64,000 nt of DNA, taken from NCBI GenBank assembly GCA_963702095.1, contig OY969706.1:1280001-1344000 (forward strand). The letters are read 5' to 3'. Of this stretch, positions 50,785 through 60,195 are shown in pieces. This stretch comes from Candidatus Bathyarchaeota archaeon. Its GTDB lineage: Archaea > Thermoproteota > Bathyarchaeia > Bathyarchaeales > Bathycorpusculaceae. The notes under the pieces are model-generated. The model ran no database searches. It was not told where the DNA came from and was given only the letters and a program-made list of their open reading frames with translations. How positions within the stretch are numbered: the first letter of the stretch is position 1; the number at the start of each line of letters is the position of its first letter. Both the position numbers and the translations under genes were made by a program.

Positions 50785-51977
50785 GCTGGGGGAATAGCGT
50801 TTTGGAACGTGATGAGTTCCACGTTCAGTGCTGGTTTGACGGCTTCGGATATGCGTGAAGCTACGATGCGTTTGATGTTTTTGTCGCCTGCAATGTCAAC
50901 GATGCGCTGTGTAATGATTCCGTCGAAGACAACGGTGTCGACGCCTGTGATCTGCTGCAATTTCTCGGCAAGTTGGCTGACTGGGAGACGCTCGATTAAT
51001 TCAAGTTTGTCGTTTAAGAGGACTGCTTCTAATGTGCCGACTAGTGCTTTGGCTGCTTGGGCAACGGTGTCTGGGACTTCGACTTTGGCTCGTTCGGGAA
51101 CCTGAACCTTCTTGGGTGCTGGTGGAGGCGCATGCTGCGGTGGCTGCTGTTTGCCCTCTTTGAGTTCGACAACTGACACTTTGCCTTCGATGGCTTCGTT
51201 GATTTCTTTGCAGTTGCATTCCTCGATTTCTTTGCCCCGTGGAGCGCGACCGATGTATTTGACGTTGGTTACTTGCAAAAGTTCTTTTTGGATTAAGTCG
51301 CCGCCTCGGTCGCCGTCAAGCAGAGCAGTAGCGTTGCGTTCTTTGCTGATTTTCTTTATTGAATCGGGTACTTTGGCACCTTCTAACGCGACGGTGTTGA
51401 AGATGCCGCAGCGCATAAGGTTGATGACATCTGCACGTCCCTCGACGACATAAATGTCTTTGGCGCCTTCCAGTCCTGGGCCTGCTGGGAGGTCTTCGGG
51501 TCCGTATTTTTCTACTTTGCCCATTTTCATGGTGTCGGTGATTTCTTTGTAGACTTCGTCGACGCTGGGCATGGATTCGATGTTCCATCGGTGGAGAATT
51601 TCTTTGGCGCGGTCGATGATGATTTTTCGTCGTGCTTCCCGGATATCTTCGATACGTTCAAGGCTGACTTTGGCGCCGCATGGTCCAACCCGGTTTATGC
51701 TCTCGACGCTGGCTGCGATGAGCGCCGTGGATACGCGGTCGAGGCTGGTGGGTATTGTGATTGAACCGTTTGTTCGGTCGTTTTTAGAGTGGAGGTCGAT
51801 TTCGATTCTGCCGATGCGGCCGGTTTTCTGCAGTTCTCTTAGGTCTAGTTCTGGACCAAAAAGCCCTTCGGTTTGCCCGAAAACTGCGCCGATAACATCC
51901 GGCTTTTCAACTACTCCTTCAATTTCGAATCTAGCGTGTACAACGTACTTTATAGTAAAGGTTTGGGATTGTCCCGT
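50781..51977 (-). CDS. dnaG: Archaeal DnaG primase (398 aa; apparent ACG start)
   Basis: The frame extends 135 codons upstream of the tracked ATG (GVVEKPDVIGAVFGQTEGL, LRELQKTGRIGRI); TOPRIM motifs VVEGRADV and DGDRGG. Confidence 0.92.
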   Translation of the reverse strand, partial: TGQSQTFTIKYVVHARFEIEGVVEKPDVIGAVFGQTEGLFGPELDLRELQKTGRIGRIEIDLHSKNDRTNGSITIPTSLDRVSTALIAASVESINRVGPCGAKVSLERIEDIREARRKIIIDRAKEILHRWNIESMPSVDEVYKEITDTMKMGKVEKYGPEDLPAGPGLEGAKDIYVVEGRADVINLMRCGIFNTVALEGAKVPDSIKKISKERNATALLDGDRGGDLIQKELLQVTNVKYIGRAPRGKEIEECNCKEINEAIEGKVSVVELKEGKQQPPQHAPPPAPKKVQVPERAKVEVPDTVAQAAKALVGTLEAVLLNDKLELIERLPVSQLAEKLQQITGVDTVVFDGIITQRIVDIAGDKNIKRIVASRISEAVKPALNVELITFQNAIPPA

Positions 51978-52440
51978 AAGTGTGCAACTCCTGTAAGATA
52001 TTATTTATTTTGATTATGTAAATCGCATTATGCGAGCTATTCTCGCACGGATGAGATTCTAATACTTTATACTGTTTAGAAAATTAGTTGCATGCCCTTT
52101 AATAATACTTGTGGTTTACCCGTCAGGCTTCACAGCAAAAACGCTGCCCCCTAAAAGAGCCTTCCATGAAAATGTAGTCAGCGAGGATATTTTAAAAAGT
52201 AGAGTTTGACAAAGCAGAACCTTAAACTCCATGCGGAAAAATGCACAACAAAATTGGAAGAGAGAGGAGAGACCAAAACCGCATGAAATTTAACACTGCT
52301 TTGCCAAACATTCCGCGAAAAGAAACTTACTCAGAAAAACATAAAAGAATATGTGACTGCACAAAGAAGCCACATTTATAACCTAACGGTTTAACCCTTC
52401 ACCTTAAATAAGAAAACAACTAAAGAAAAGAGCGATATCC

Positions 52441-53247
52441 ATGAGCCTGCGCCTAAACCCAGAATACGACAAAATCCTACCCCGCATGTCCCAAGAAGAA
52501 TTCGCTGAACTCAAAAAATCAATCCAAACCGAAGGCCAACACTACCCCATAATCGTCAACCAAGACCTCGAAGTGCTCGACGGACACCACCGTTTCCGCG
52601 CCTGCACCGAACTAGGCATCGAACCCGACTTCGAAGTTAAACAATTTGAGGACAAACTTATAGAGAAGAAATTTGTCATCGAAGCCAACCTGAGACGGCG
52701 TCACCTAAACAATTTCCAGCTTGTAGAATTAGCAGTCCCCCTGCTGGAGATAGAGAAGGCATTGGCGAAGAAACGGCAGTCCAAAGGCAGCAAAAACGGA
52801 CTCGAAAAGCAAATAGAGGCTGAGTTAGCGTCAGATGACGCTGAGACAGAGTTTGAACCCTTTAAGGGGAAAGCCGCCGAGGTTGTAGCGAAAAAGGCAG
52901 GTGTCTCAACACGAACTTTGGAGAGGGGCAAAAAAATCATCGAAAAAGCCTCCGAAGACGACAAGCAAAAACTCCGCGACGGAAAAACCAGCATCGCCCA
53001 TGTCTACCAAGAGATCGTTCGGGAAGAAAAACCCCAAAAACTTGCCGCGGAAGAGACGCCCAAACAGGAGACCGAAGGGGACCTACAAAATAAGCTGGCG
53101 TTGCTGGCGCTTTTGCAGCGGCTAGAAAAACATGAGTTGTTTTGCCCATCATGTGGTAACATGATGTTTGAATGCAGCAAATGCCACAAAAACCTAAAAG
53201 CACTGCTTAAGAAAGAAATTGAAACAGAAAAAGCAGATGACCTCTAA
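52441..53247 (+). CDS. ParB-like N-terminal domain protein with HTH and C-terminal zinc finger
   Basis: LKKSI..EG..YPI.V...VLDGHHR..AC, N..RRHL, CPSC..C.KC. Confidence 0.8.
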   Translation: MSLRLNPEYDKILPRMSQEEFAELKKSIQTEGQHYPIIVNQDLEVLDGHHRFRACTELGIEPDFEVKQFEDKLIEKKFVIEANLRRRHLNNFQLVELAVPLLEIEKALAKKRQSKGSKNGLEKQIEAELASDDAETEFEPFKGKAAEVVAKKAGVSTRTLERGKKIIEKASEDDKQKLRDGKTSIAHVYQEIVREEKPQKLAAEETPKQETEGDLQNKLALLALLQRLEKHELFCPSCGNMMFECSKCHKNLKALLKKEIETEKADDL

Positions 53248-53333
53248 AAAGGCAAAGCTATCGTCAACTTCTTTGTTTTTGAGCGAAAAAATTGATTAGG
53301 CAAGGCGACCTTTGACCCCCAGAACGATTATTC

Positions 53334-53525
53334 ATGAAGGCAATCATTGACCCTACTAAATGCATTTTATGCAAAAGATGCGGTGTAGCCAGGGAATGCC
53401 CGGTTAAAGCTGTTTTCCGCATAGCCGACGATGAACCCGCCTTTATCGACATGAAACTGTGCCATGGCTGCGGACTATGTGCTGCTAAATGCCCCGCCAA
53501 AGCGGTTATAATGAGAGAAAGCTAA
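53334..53525 (+). CDS. Small 4Fe-4S ferredoxin
   Basis: C..C..C.....CP and CHGCGLC...CP. Confidence 0.85.
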   Translation: MKAIIDPTKCILCKRCGVARECPVKAVFRIADDEPAFIDMKLCHGCGLCAAKCPAKAVIMRES

Positions 53526-53529
53526 TTTC

Positions 53530-54192
53530 CTACTGGACTTTGTTTTCAACGATTGCCTTGATTAAACGCTGTTCCGCCTTGCGCAGGTGCTCTACGACGG
53601 TGGAGTCGACAAGCCCAAGTTTCTGCGCTAACGACTCGGATGGGATTTTTCTTGGAATGTCGTAGTAACCGTACTTGTACGCTGCAAGAAGAACATCTCT
53701 CTGTTTAGCAGTTAGCTGGCTTAGGGGTGAAATGGGTGAGAAGTTGGCGTCGGCAAGCAAAATAACACGGTAATGTATGCCTATGGCGTCGATTTTTTCC
53801 ATGAATTCTTTTATCTGTTGTTCGTTGCCTAAGAAAGAAAATTTTACTTTGCCGTCTTCTATGCCTAACGGTGGGAAAAGGTAGCCGCCTTCTATGCCGA
53901 TGGAGTTTAGCGCGGCTGAGAGGTTGGGGGAACCGCTGCGGATGAAAAGTATGTAGGCACCGTTCTTTTCTCTTTCAATGACTTGGGCTTCAAGGAGGAG
54001 GCCGCCTGTTAGTAGGTCTTGAATTTTTGAGGTCTGGTCCTTGAATTCTACGCGTGTTATGGCTGCGAATTCTTGGTCGTCTTGGCGTAGGAAGTATAGG
54101 AGTTCGAGCGATTTTATTTGTTTGAGCGGGGGTAATTCGATGCCTGCTTTGAAGAGTTCTTTTTCTGAGATTTCGAGGATTAGTCGTCTCAT
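53530..54192 (-). CDS. Bat-like (HTH_10) transcriptional regulator
   Basis: LT.KQ..VL..AY..GYYD.PR...LA..LG...ST..EHLRKAE. Confidence 0.9.
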   Translation of the reverse strand: MRRLILEISEKELFKAGIELPPLKQIKSLELLYFLRQDDQEFAAITRVEFKDQTSKIQDLLTGGLLLEAQVIEREKNGAYILFIRSGSPNLSAALNSIGIEGGYLFPPLGIEDGKVKFSFLGNEQQIKEFMEKIDAIGIHYRVILLADANFSPISPLSQLTAKQRDVLLAAYKYGYYDIPRKIPSESLAQKLGLVDSTVVEHLRKAEQRLIKAIVENKVQ

Positions 54193-54233
54193 GGACAAAA
54201 AGACGGTGGAATCACATATATGTGTTTTGAAAG

Positions 54234-54247
54234 CCGAGTATGCTCGG
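54234..54247. promoter_or_regulatory. Inverted repeat in the divergent promoter
   Basis: CCGAG-TATG-CTCGG between the regulator and MMPL, next to CTTAAA. Confidence 0.5.
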
Positions 54248-54315
54248 TACAACCTTAAAGAGGCTGCATGCCATCCATACTGAGAAACAAATCACCTCAT
54301 ATCTACCGATAAAGG

Positions 54316-57300
54316 ATGGTTTTCGCTATGGCACAAGGAAAAGCCAACTCATTCACTAAGCTTGGTCGATTAATCACTAAACGCAAATACGCAATAATCG
54401 CTATTTGGGTAATTCTCTTAGCAGTCATTTTACCTGTAGTGGTAACTGCGTCGAACTTTACTTCTTTAACGATGGATTCATCCACCGACAAAACCGTCGA
54501 ATCTGGCATAGCCAACGATTTAATCAAAGCACAATTCCAAAAAACCGTATCCAACGATTCACTGGTCATCATCATATCCACCGACGACGCGTCATCCCTC
54601 AACACACAAAAGTTCATCAAAGAATTAACCGATGCAATAAACCAGAACTCAAGCATAACTGGTATAGAAAACATAACCGATGTTTACTCTATTTTAATTC
54701 CTGCCCTCAACCAAACCAACGAGGGCGTCTACCTCGCCTACAACGGCGGAAACCTAACCTACACCCTACTCTACAGTGTCCCAATGATTTATTCAAGCGT
54801 CTGGTCCGCCGCTCTTAACCAAGCCCAAACCCAACTTGTCGACGGACTCAACCAAACTAACCAAGGAGTCTACGCGTTACTTGACAACGCAAACATGACC
54901 TACAGCCTTCTCTATTCGGTTCCAGCAGCGTACTCCGGTATATGGGCGGGCGCTTACTCTACGTTGGAAAACGCCAATTTAACCTACAACCTGCTCTACG
55001 GCACACCGGCAATTTATCTGAACGCTTGGCAGCAGGCGATGGCTTCAACCTCAGGCGACGTTGACCAATCCAACGTTATTGCGAATCAAACGACTGCACA
55101 GACCCTCTACGCGGCTGACCCTGACTCATACACCCAGTACACCTCGCAATTACTACAAGTCTTCGACAATGCCTGGACTCAAAGCTTCTTAGACCCCTCA
55201 ACATCGACGTGGACTCCAATGCAGCGCGCATCATTCGCTTCTGACCAAACCAACCAATTATACATCAACACCTTCTTGGCGGGCGACGCTACCGCTCAAG
55301 GATTCGTAACCGCGTTGACCAACACGTTTAGCTTCGAGGATTACTTGAACAACGCCAGCAACCAGACACAGGCAAACATTGCGTTGACCAACTTTGCGGT
55401 TCAACTCTTAAGCTCCACCTCGACAACCGGTATGTCCCAAACAGACTTCATAACTGCACCGCCGGAAATATACAACCTGGACGCCTACACAATTGCAACC
55501 CTCAACGAGTTAGCTTACAACCAAACCGCAGCAATCCTCTCTGAGGCTGACCCAGCATCTTTTGAAGAGTATATTTCGCCGTTGCTCTACGCGTTCAATG
55601 CTTCTTGGGCTACGAGCTTCCAGGACCCCGCCACACAGGTCTTCAACTCTGAACAGCGCGCTTCGCTTGCCGCGAACATGACTAACCAGCAATACATCAA
55701 CACAGCCTTAGCCGGCAACTCCACAATGCAGCATTTCGTGATTGCATTAACCAAATCTTTCTCACTTGACACTTTCCTGTTTAACACTCAAGACGAAAAC
55801 AACGCCCAGCTACGCGACTTCTCCATCGAATACATTGCCAACCAATCTCAAACCTCAACTTCCTTTGTCAACGCGGCATACAACTTGGGCAAAACACCCT
55901 CTGCGGGTGCCTTGCTCAACTTAGCCAACAACGTTATCTGGTACCCTCAAACCTACAACCAAACCAACTTAATATCAACCTTCAACCAAGTTTCCTATGA
56001 CCAAACCAAAAGCATCCTAAAAGACGCCGATGAATCCGCCTTCAACGATTACACCTCACACCTGCTGGACCTGTTCAACGCCAGTTGGAGCCAAAGAGTC
56101 CCCAACCAGTCCACATCCTCAAACGCGTGGATTAACCAGACTGCCTCCGCCGCCGCTGACGCCGCAAACACACCCTTCATTAACACTTACCTAAACGAAA
56201 GCAGAGACTTCTCCCTCCAAATTGCCTCTGCCCTTACACTTCAAGACTTCCTAAAAGCCAACACAACTTACACAAACGCAAAAATCCACGACATAACCCT
56301 CAACTACGTTGCAAACGAGTCGGGCTTATCCAAAGAATTAGTCGCAGGCATCTACAACATGGGGGAAAACGCAACTGACAGTGCCCTGCAAACCTTGGCT
56401 TCAGGCATCGTCTCTAACCCAGACGCCTACAACGTAGGAGAAGAATTCAATACCCTGTTAACTTCGTTTGTTTCTCCCTCAAAAGACGTAACACTCATAA
56501 GCATCAGCTTCAGCGCTTCAGGCGACGACAACCTATTAGCCATCCGAAGCATAATCGCAGATAAGATGGCTCAGCACCCAGCAGACATCAACTCTGCAGA
56601 AGTCACAGGCAATGACGCTTTAGACTACGATTTCCGCCAATCCACCTACGGCGACCTAGAAATCATCCTGCCCATTACAATTGTGTTGTTGCTTGTCGCA
56701 ACCGGTTTGTTCTTCCGCTCACTAGTAACGCCTCTTATTACTTTGGGCACAATCGGCGTGGCACTTGGCGTTTCCCAAATTTTCCCCTACTTAGTAGGCA
56801 CCTACATCAACCAAGTTGACTACACCGTGACAACCGTGCTTATGACGGTGCTAATAGGGGTGGGAACCGACTACAGCATATTCATTATTGCACGTCACAG
56901 GGAAGAAAGAATCAACAAGCTGCCCGTTTTTGAAGCTATAAAGAAATCCATCACTTGGGCAGGCGAAAGCATAGTAACCAGCGGCGCCACCGTCATCATC
57001 TCCTTCCTTGCGCTTGCCGGAACCTCGATGGTTCTGCTTCAAACCATGGGGTTAATCGTGGGCTTAGGCATCATCGTTACGTTGCTTGCTTCGTTGACGT
57101 TTGCACCCGCGATAGTTGCCATACTTGGGGACCGCATTTTCTGGCCTAACTCAGGTGAACGGTTCCAACGTTACGCTGCGGGTGTCTTGGAGAAAAACAA
57201 GCGTAGAGGCGGCTACTTTGCCAGAAGCGGTGCATTCAGCGTTAAACATGGTAAAGTCATCATACTCATAGCGGTGTTGGTTACGGTTCCAGCGTTCTAC

Positions 57301-58407
57301 GTGTATGCGACGACGACACCTAACTTTAACCTCTTAGGCAGTGCTTCAAACAGTTTAGAATCCGTTTCTGCCTCAACCACCCTGACGGATTCGTTTGGCG
57401 GAGGCAGATTGATGCCGACATACGTTGTGGTGACGTTTTCGCAGCCGCTAATAGACAACGGCACCTTTAACATAGCAGAAATGGGGCCGCTTCAGAGCAT
57501 TTCCTCTGACATAGCAGGCGGGGCAGGTATCCAAGAGGTAACTGGACCCACGATGCCCTATGGGAAACCCGTAGATTACCAAACCGTCACAAACGAATCC
57601 GACCCCTCAATTTACAGTGGTATGGTAAGCGCAATTGGCGCAGACAACCAATCTGCCTTAATCACGGTCAAATTCACTATCGACCCCTACTCTACTGAGG
57701 CAATGAATTATGCCCAAGACATACGAAGTAGCCTCCACGCAAACTATGACAGTGCAGCAAACATAACAGGCATCTATGTAGGCGGAACCACAGGTGAGAC
57801 CCTTGACACAAGAATGACCTTCGAGAATCAGTTCAACCAAATACTGCCCATAGTCGCAGTTGGAGTCGCCCTCGTCTTATTCGCCGTGCTTGGCTCGTTG
57901 ATTCTGCCTGTCTTCGCTGTCATCTCAGTGCTCATGAGCATCGTTTGGACGCTTGCCGTCACCCAAATTGTATTCCAAGCTGCCTTCAACTACGGTTTGC
58001 TCTTCATAACCCCGCTGATCCTCTTCGTGCTGCTGCTCGGGTTAGGCATGGACTACAACATATTCATCTTAACCCGCATACGTGAAGAAGCCTCTAAAGG
58101 TCAGCACCTAAACGATGCCATCGTACATGCTATCCAGCAGACAGGCGGCATCATCACTGCTGCAGCTATCATCTTGGCGGGTTCACTGGGCGCATTGACG
58201 TTGTCAAGCAACATGATGCTCAAGGAAATGGGTTTTGCCTTCGCCTTTAGCATCCTCATCGATGCATTGGTAGTGCGAACCTACCTTGTGCCCGCGGTAA
58301 TGTCAACCTTTGGCAAATGGAACTGGTACAACCCCATCAAACGCCTGCAACGCATAAAAGATTTCGACGACAACAAAGCCCCCGCTACAACAGAAAAAAC
58401 ACAGTAA
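54316..58407 (+). CDS. MMPL/RND family transporter with large repetitive extracellular insertion
   Basis: G.GTDY.IF..AR.REE and GLGMDYNIF..TR.REE in the two halves. Confidence 0.9.
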   Translation: MVFAMAQGKANSFTKLGRLITKRKYAIIAIWVILLAVILPVVVTASNFTSLTMDSSTDKTVESGIANDLIKAQFQKTVSNDSLVIIISTDDASSLNTQKFIKELTDAINQNSSITGIENITDVYSILIPALNQTNEGVYLAYNGGNLTYTLLYSVPMIYSSVWSAALNQAQTQLVDGLNQTNQGVYALLDNANMTYSLLYSVPAAYSGIWAGAYSTLENANLTYNLLYGTPAIYLNAWQQAMASTSGDVDQSNVIANQTTAQTLYAADPDSYTQYTSQLLQVFDNAWTQSFLDPSTSTWTPMQRASFASDQTNQLYINTFLAGDATAQGFVTALTNTFSFEDYLNNASNQTQANIALTNFAVQLLSSTSTTGMSQTDFITAPPEIYNLDAYTIATLNELAYNQTAAILSEADPASFEEYISPLLYAFNASWATSFQDPATQVFNSEQRASLAANMTNQQYINTALAGNSTMQHFVIALTKSFSLDTFLFNTQDENNAQLRDFSIEYIANQSQTSTSFVNAAYNLGKTPSAGALLNLANNVIWYPQTYNQTNLISTFNQVSYDQTKSILKDADESAFNDYTSHLLDLFNASWSQRVPNQSTSSNAWINQTASAAADAANTPFINTYLNESRDFSLQIASALTLQDFLKANTTYTNAKIHDITLNYVANESGLSKELVAGIYNMGENATDSALQTLASGIVSNPDAYNVGEEFNTLLTSFVSPSKDVTLISISFSASGDDNLLAIRSIIADKMAQHPADINSAEVTGNDALDYDFRQSTYGDLEIILPITIVLLLVATGLFFRSLVTPLITLGTIGVALGVSQIFPYLVGTYINQVDYTVTTVLMTVLIGVGTDYSIFIIARHREERINKLPVFEAIKKSITWAGESIVTSGATVIISFLALAGTSMVLLQTMGLIVGLGIIVTLLASLTFAPAIVAILGDRIFWPNSGERFQRYAAGVLEKNKRRGGYFARSGAFSVKHGKVIILIAVLVTVPAFYVYATTTPNFNLLGSASNSLESVSASTTLTDSFGGGRLMPTYVVVTFSQPLIDNGTFNIAEMGPLQSISSDIAGGAGIQEVTGPTMPYGKPVDYQTVTNESDPSIYSGMVSAIGADNQSALITVKFTIDPYSTEAMNYAQDIRSSLHANYDSAANITGIYVGGTTGETLDTRMTFENQFNQILPIVAVGVALVLFAVLGSLILPVFAVISVLMSIVWTLAVTQIVFQAAFNYGLLFITPLILFVLLLGLGMDYNIFILTRIREEASKGQHLNDAIVHAIQQTGGIITAAAIILAGSLGALTLSSNMMLKEMGFAFAFSILIDALVVRTYLVPAVMSTFGKWNWYNPIKRLQRIKDFDDNKAPATTEKTQ

Positions 58408-58506
58408 GCAACTATGGGAACCACTGTGTTACCCAACAATCTTTTTATAACCCATTTTACCCATTCCGTAAAACTTTGTTAAAAAACAGAGTCTGATGAA
58501 CAATTT

Positions 58507-60192
58507 ATGGTACAGTACAAGTGGGTAGCACTCTCCAACACAACCCTTGGCATGCTCATGGCATCCATCGACATGACCATTGTTTTAATTGCGTTGCCAT
58601 CGATTTTCCGCGGCATAAACATTGACCCCTTCACAAGCTTCCAGTACCTGCTCTGGGTCATGTTCGGCTACAGCATCGTAACCGCCGTTTTGCTGGTAAC
58701 GTTTGGCAGGTTATCGGACATTTTTGGCAGAGTTAAACTCTACAATTTAGGCTTTCTCATATTCACCATCGGCTCCATATTGCTGGCTGTGACGCCCAGC
58801 ACCGGCGACGCAGGCGCACTCGAGCTGATCATCTTCCGTATCATCCAAGGCGTAGGCGCAGCGTTCCTCTTCTCTAACAGCGGCGCAATAATCACCGATG
58901 CGTTTCCAGAAAACGAACGCGGCAAAGCTTTAGGCATCAACCAAATCGCTTTCCTGGCGGGCTCACTGATTGGGCTGGTGCTGGGCGGAGTCTTAGCCGT
59001 GTATGATTGGCGTCTTGTCTTCCTAGTCAGTGTCCCAGTAGGTATCATCGGCACCGTCTGGTCGTATTGGAAACTAAAAGAACAGCATGTCGCTCGCAAG
59101 AAACAGAAACTCGACGTCTGGGGCAACATATGCTTTGGCGGCGGCTTAACTCTAATCTTAATAGCCATCACCTACGGCTTAACCCCCTACGGCACTTCCC
59201 CGATGGGATGGGGCAACCCCTTCGTTGTTGCCTCGTTTGCAATCGGCACAGCCCTATTGGTTGCGTTTCCATTCATCGAACGCAGAGTAGAAGACCCCAT
59301 GTTTCGACTTGACCTCTTCAAAAACAAAAGCTTCGCCGCTGGCAACATCGCAACCTTCCTGAGCTCCATGTCCAGAGGAGGAGTCATGATCATGCTGGTC
59401 GTGCTGCTGCAGGGCATTTGGCTGCCGCTTCATGGCTTTAGCTACGAAGACGCGCCTTTCTGGGCTGGCATCTTCATGATTCCCATGTCCATCGGCATCG
59501 CAATCACCGGCCCAATTAGCGGTTGGCTCAGCGACAAACATGGAGCCCGCCTCTTTGCCACAGTCGGCATGATAATCACAGGCATAACCTTCCTAGTATT
59601 CACTTTGCTACCCGCCAACTTTGAGTACTTCCCATTTGCTTTGATACTGCTCATAATGGGCATAGGCAACGGCATCTTCATGTCACCCAACATGGCCTCC
59701 GTCATGAACAGCTGCCCCGCAGAACATCGAGGCGCCGCATCAGGCATGCGATCCACATTGCAGAATTGCGGCCAAACAATCAGCCAAGCCATATTCTTCA
59801 GCATAATCATCATCTCGCTAAACGCAACCTTGCCCGCCGCACTTTCAGCCTCAGTTGCAAGCGCCGGCGCTTCACCAGCCATAGCCGCAGCCTTCAGCCA
59901 AACCCCCGCTTCAGGCGCACTCTTCGCAGCTTTCCTAGGATACAACCCCATCGGCACAATGCTTCAAGCCATGGGTCCACTGGCAGCTGGGTTGCCGTCG
60001 GCTTCCAGAGCTATTTTGGAGGGGCAAACTTTCTTCCCCAACGCCATCGCAGACCCATTCATGTCTGCGTTAACAATCGCCTTCATCATCGCCGCAGTGC
60101 TTTGCTTCTTAGCCGCAATCTGCTCAGCGCTAAGGGGAAGCAGCAAAACACCCCAAAAAGCATCTGCCCAACCACAAATAAGTGAATGCTGA
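58507..60192 (+). CDS. MFS transporter (DHA2-like)
   Basis: GRLSD.FGR, FP.NERGKALG. Confidence 0.9.
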   Translation: MVQYKWVALSNTTLGMLMASIDMTIVLIALPSIFRGINIDPFTSFQYLLWVMFGYSIVTAVLLVTFGRLSDIFGRVKLYNLGFLIFTIGSILLAVTPSTGDAGALELIIFRIIQGVGAAFLFSNSGAIITDAFPENERGKALGINQIAFLAGSLIGLVLGGVLAVYDWRLVFLVSVPVGIIGTVWSYWKLKEQHVARKKQKLDVWGNICFGGGLTLILIAITYGLTPYGTSPMGWGNPFVVASFAIGTALLVAFPFIERRVEDPMFRLDLFKNKSFAAGNIATFLSSMSRGGVMIMLVVLLQGIWLPLHGFSYEDAPFWAGIFMIPMSIGIAITGPISGWLSDKHGARLFATVGMIITGITFLVFTLLPANFEYFPFALILLIMGIGNGIFMSPNMASVMNSCPAEHRGAASGMRSTLQNCGQTISQAIFFSIIIISLNATLPAALSASVASAGASPAIAAAFSQTPASGALFAAFLGYNPIGTMLQAMGPLAAGLPSASRAILEGQTFFPNAIADPFMSALTIAFIIAAVLCFLAAICSALRGSSKTPQKASAQPQISEC

Positions 60193-60195
60193 TCA

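Noticed and set aside
51571-51996. 141-aa + strand ORF and similar antisense ORFs across the window
   Set aside because: Shadow frames of well-supported genes (here the dnaG N-terminus).
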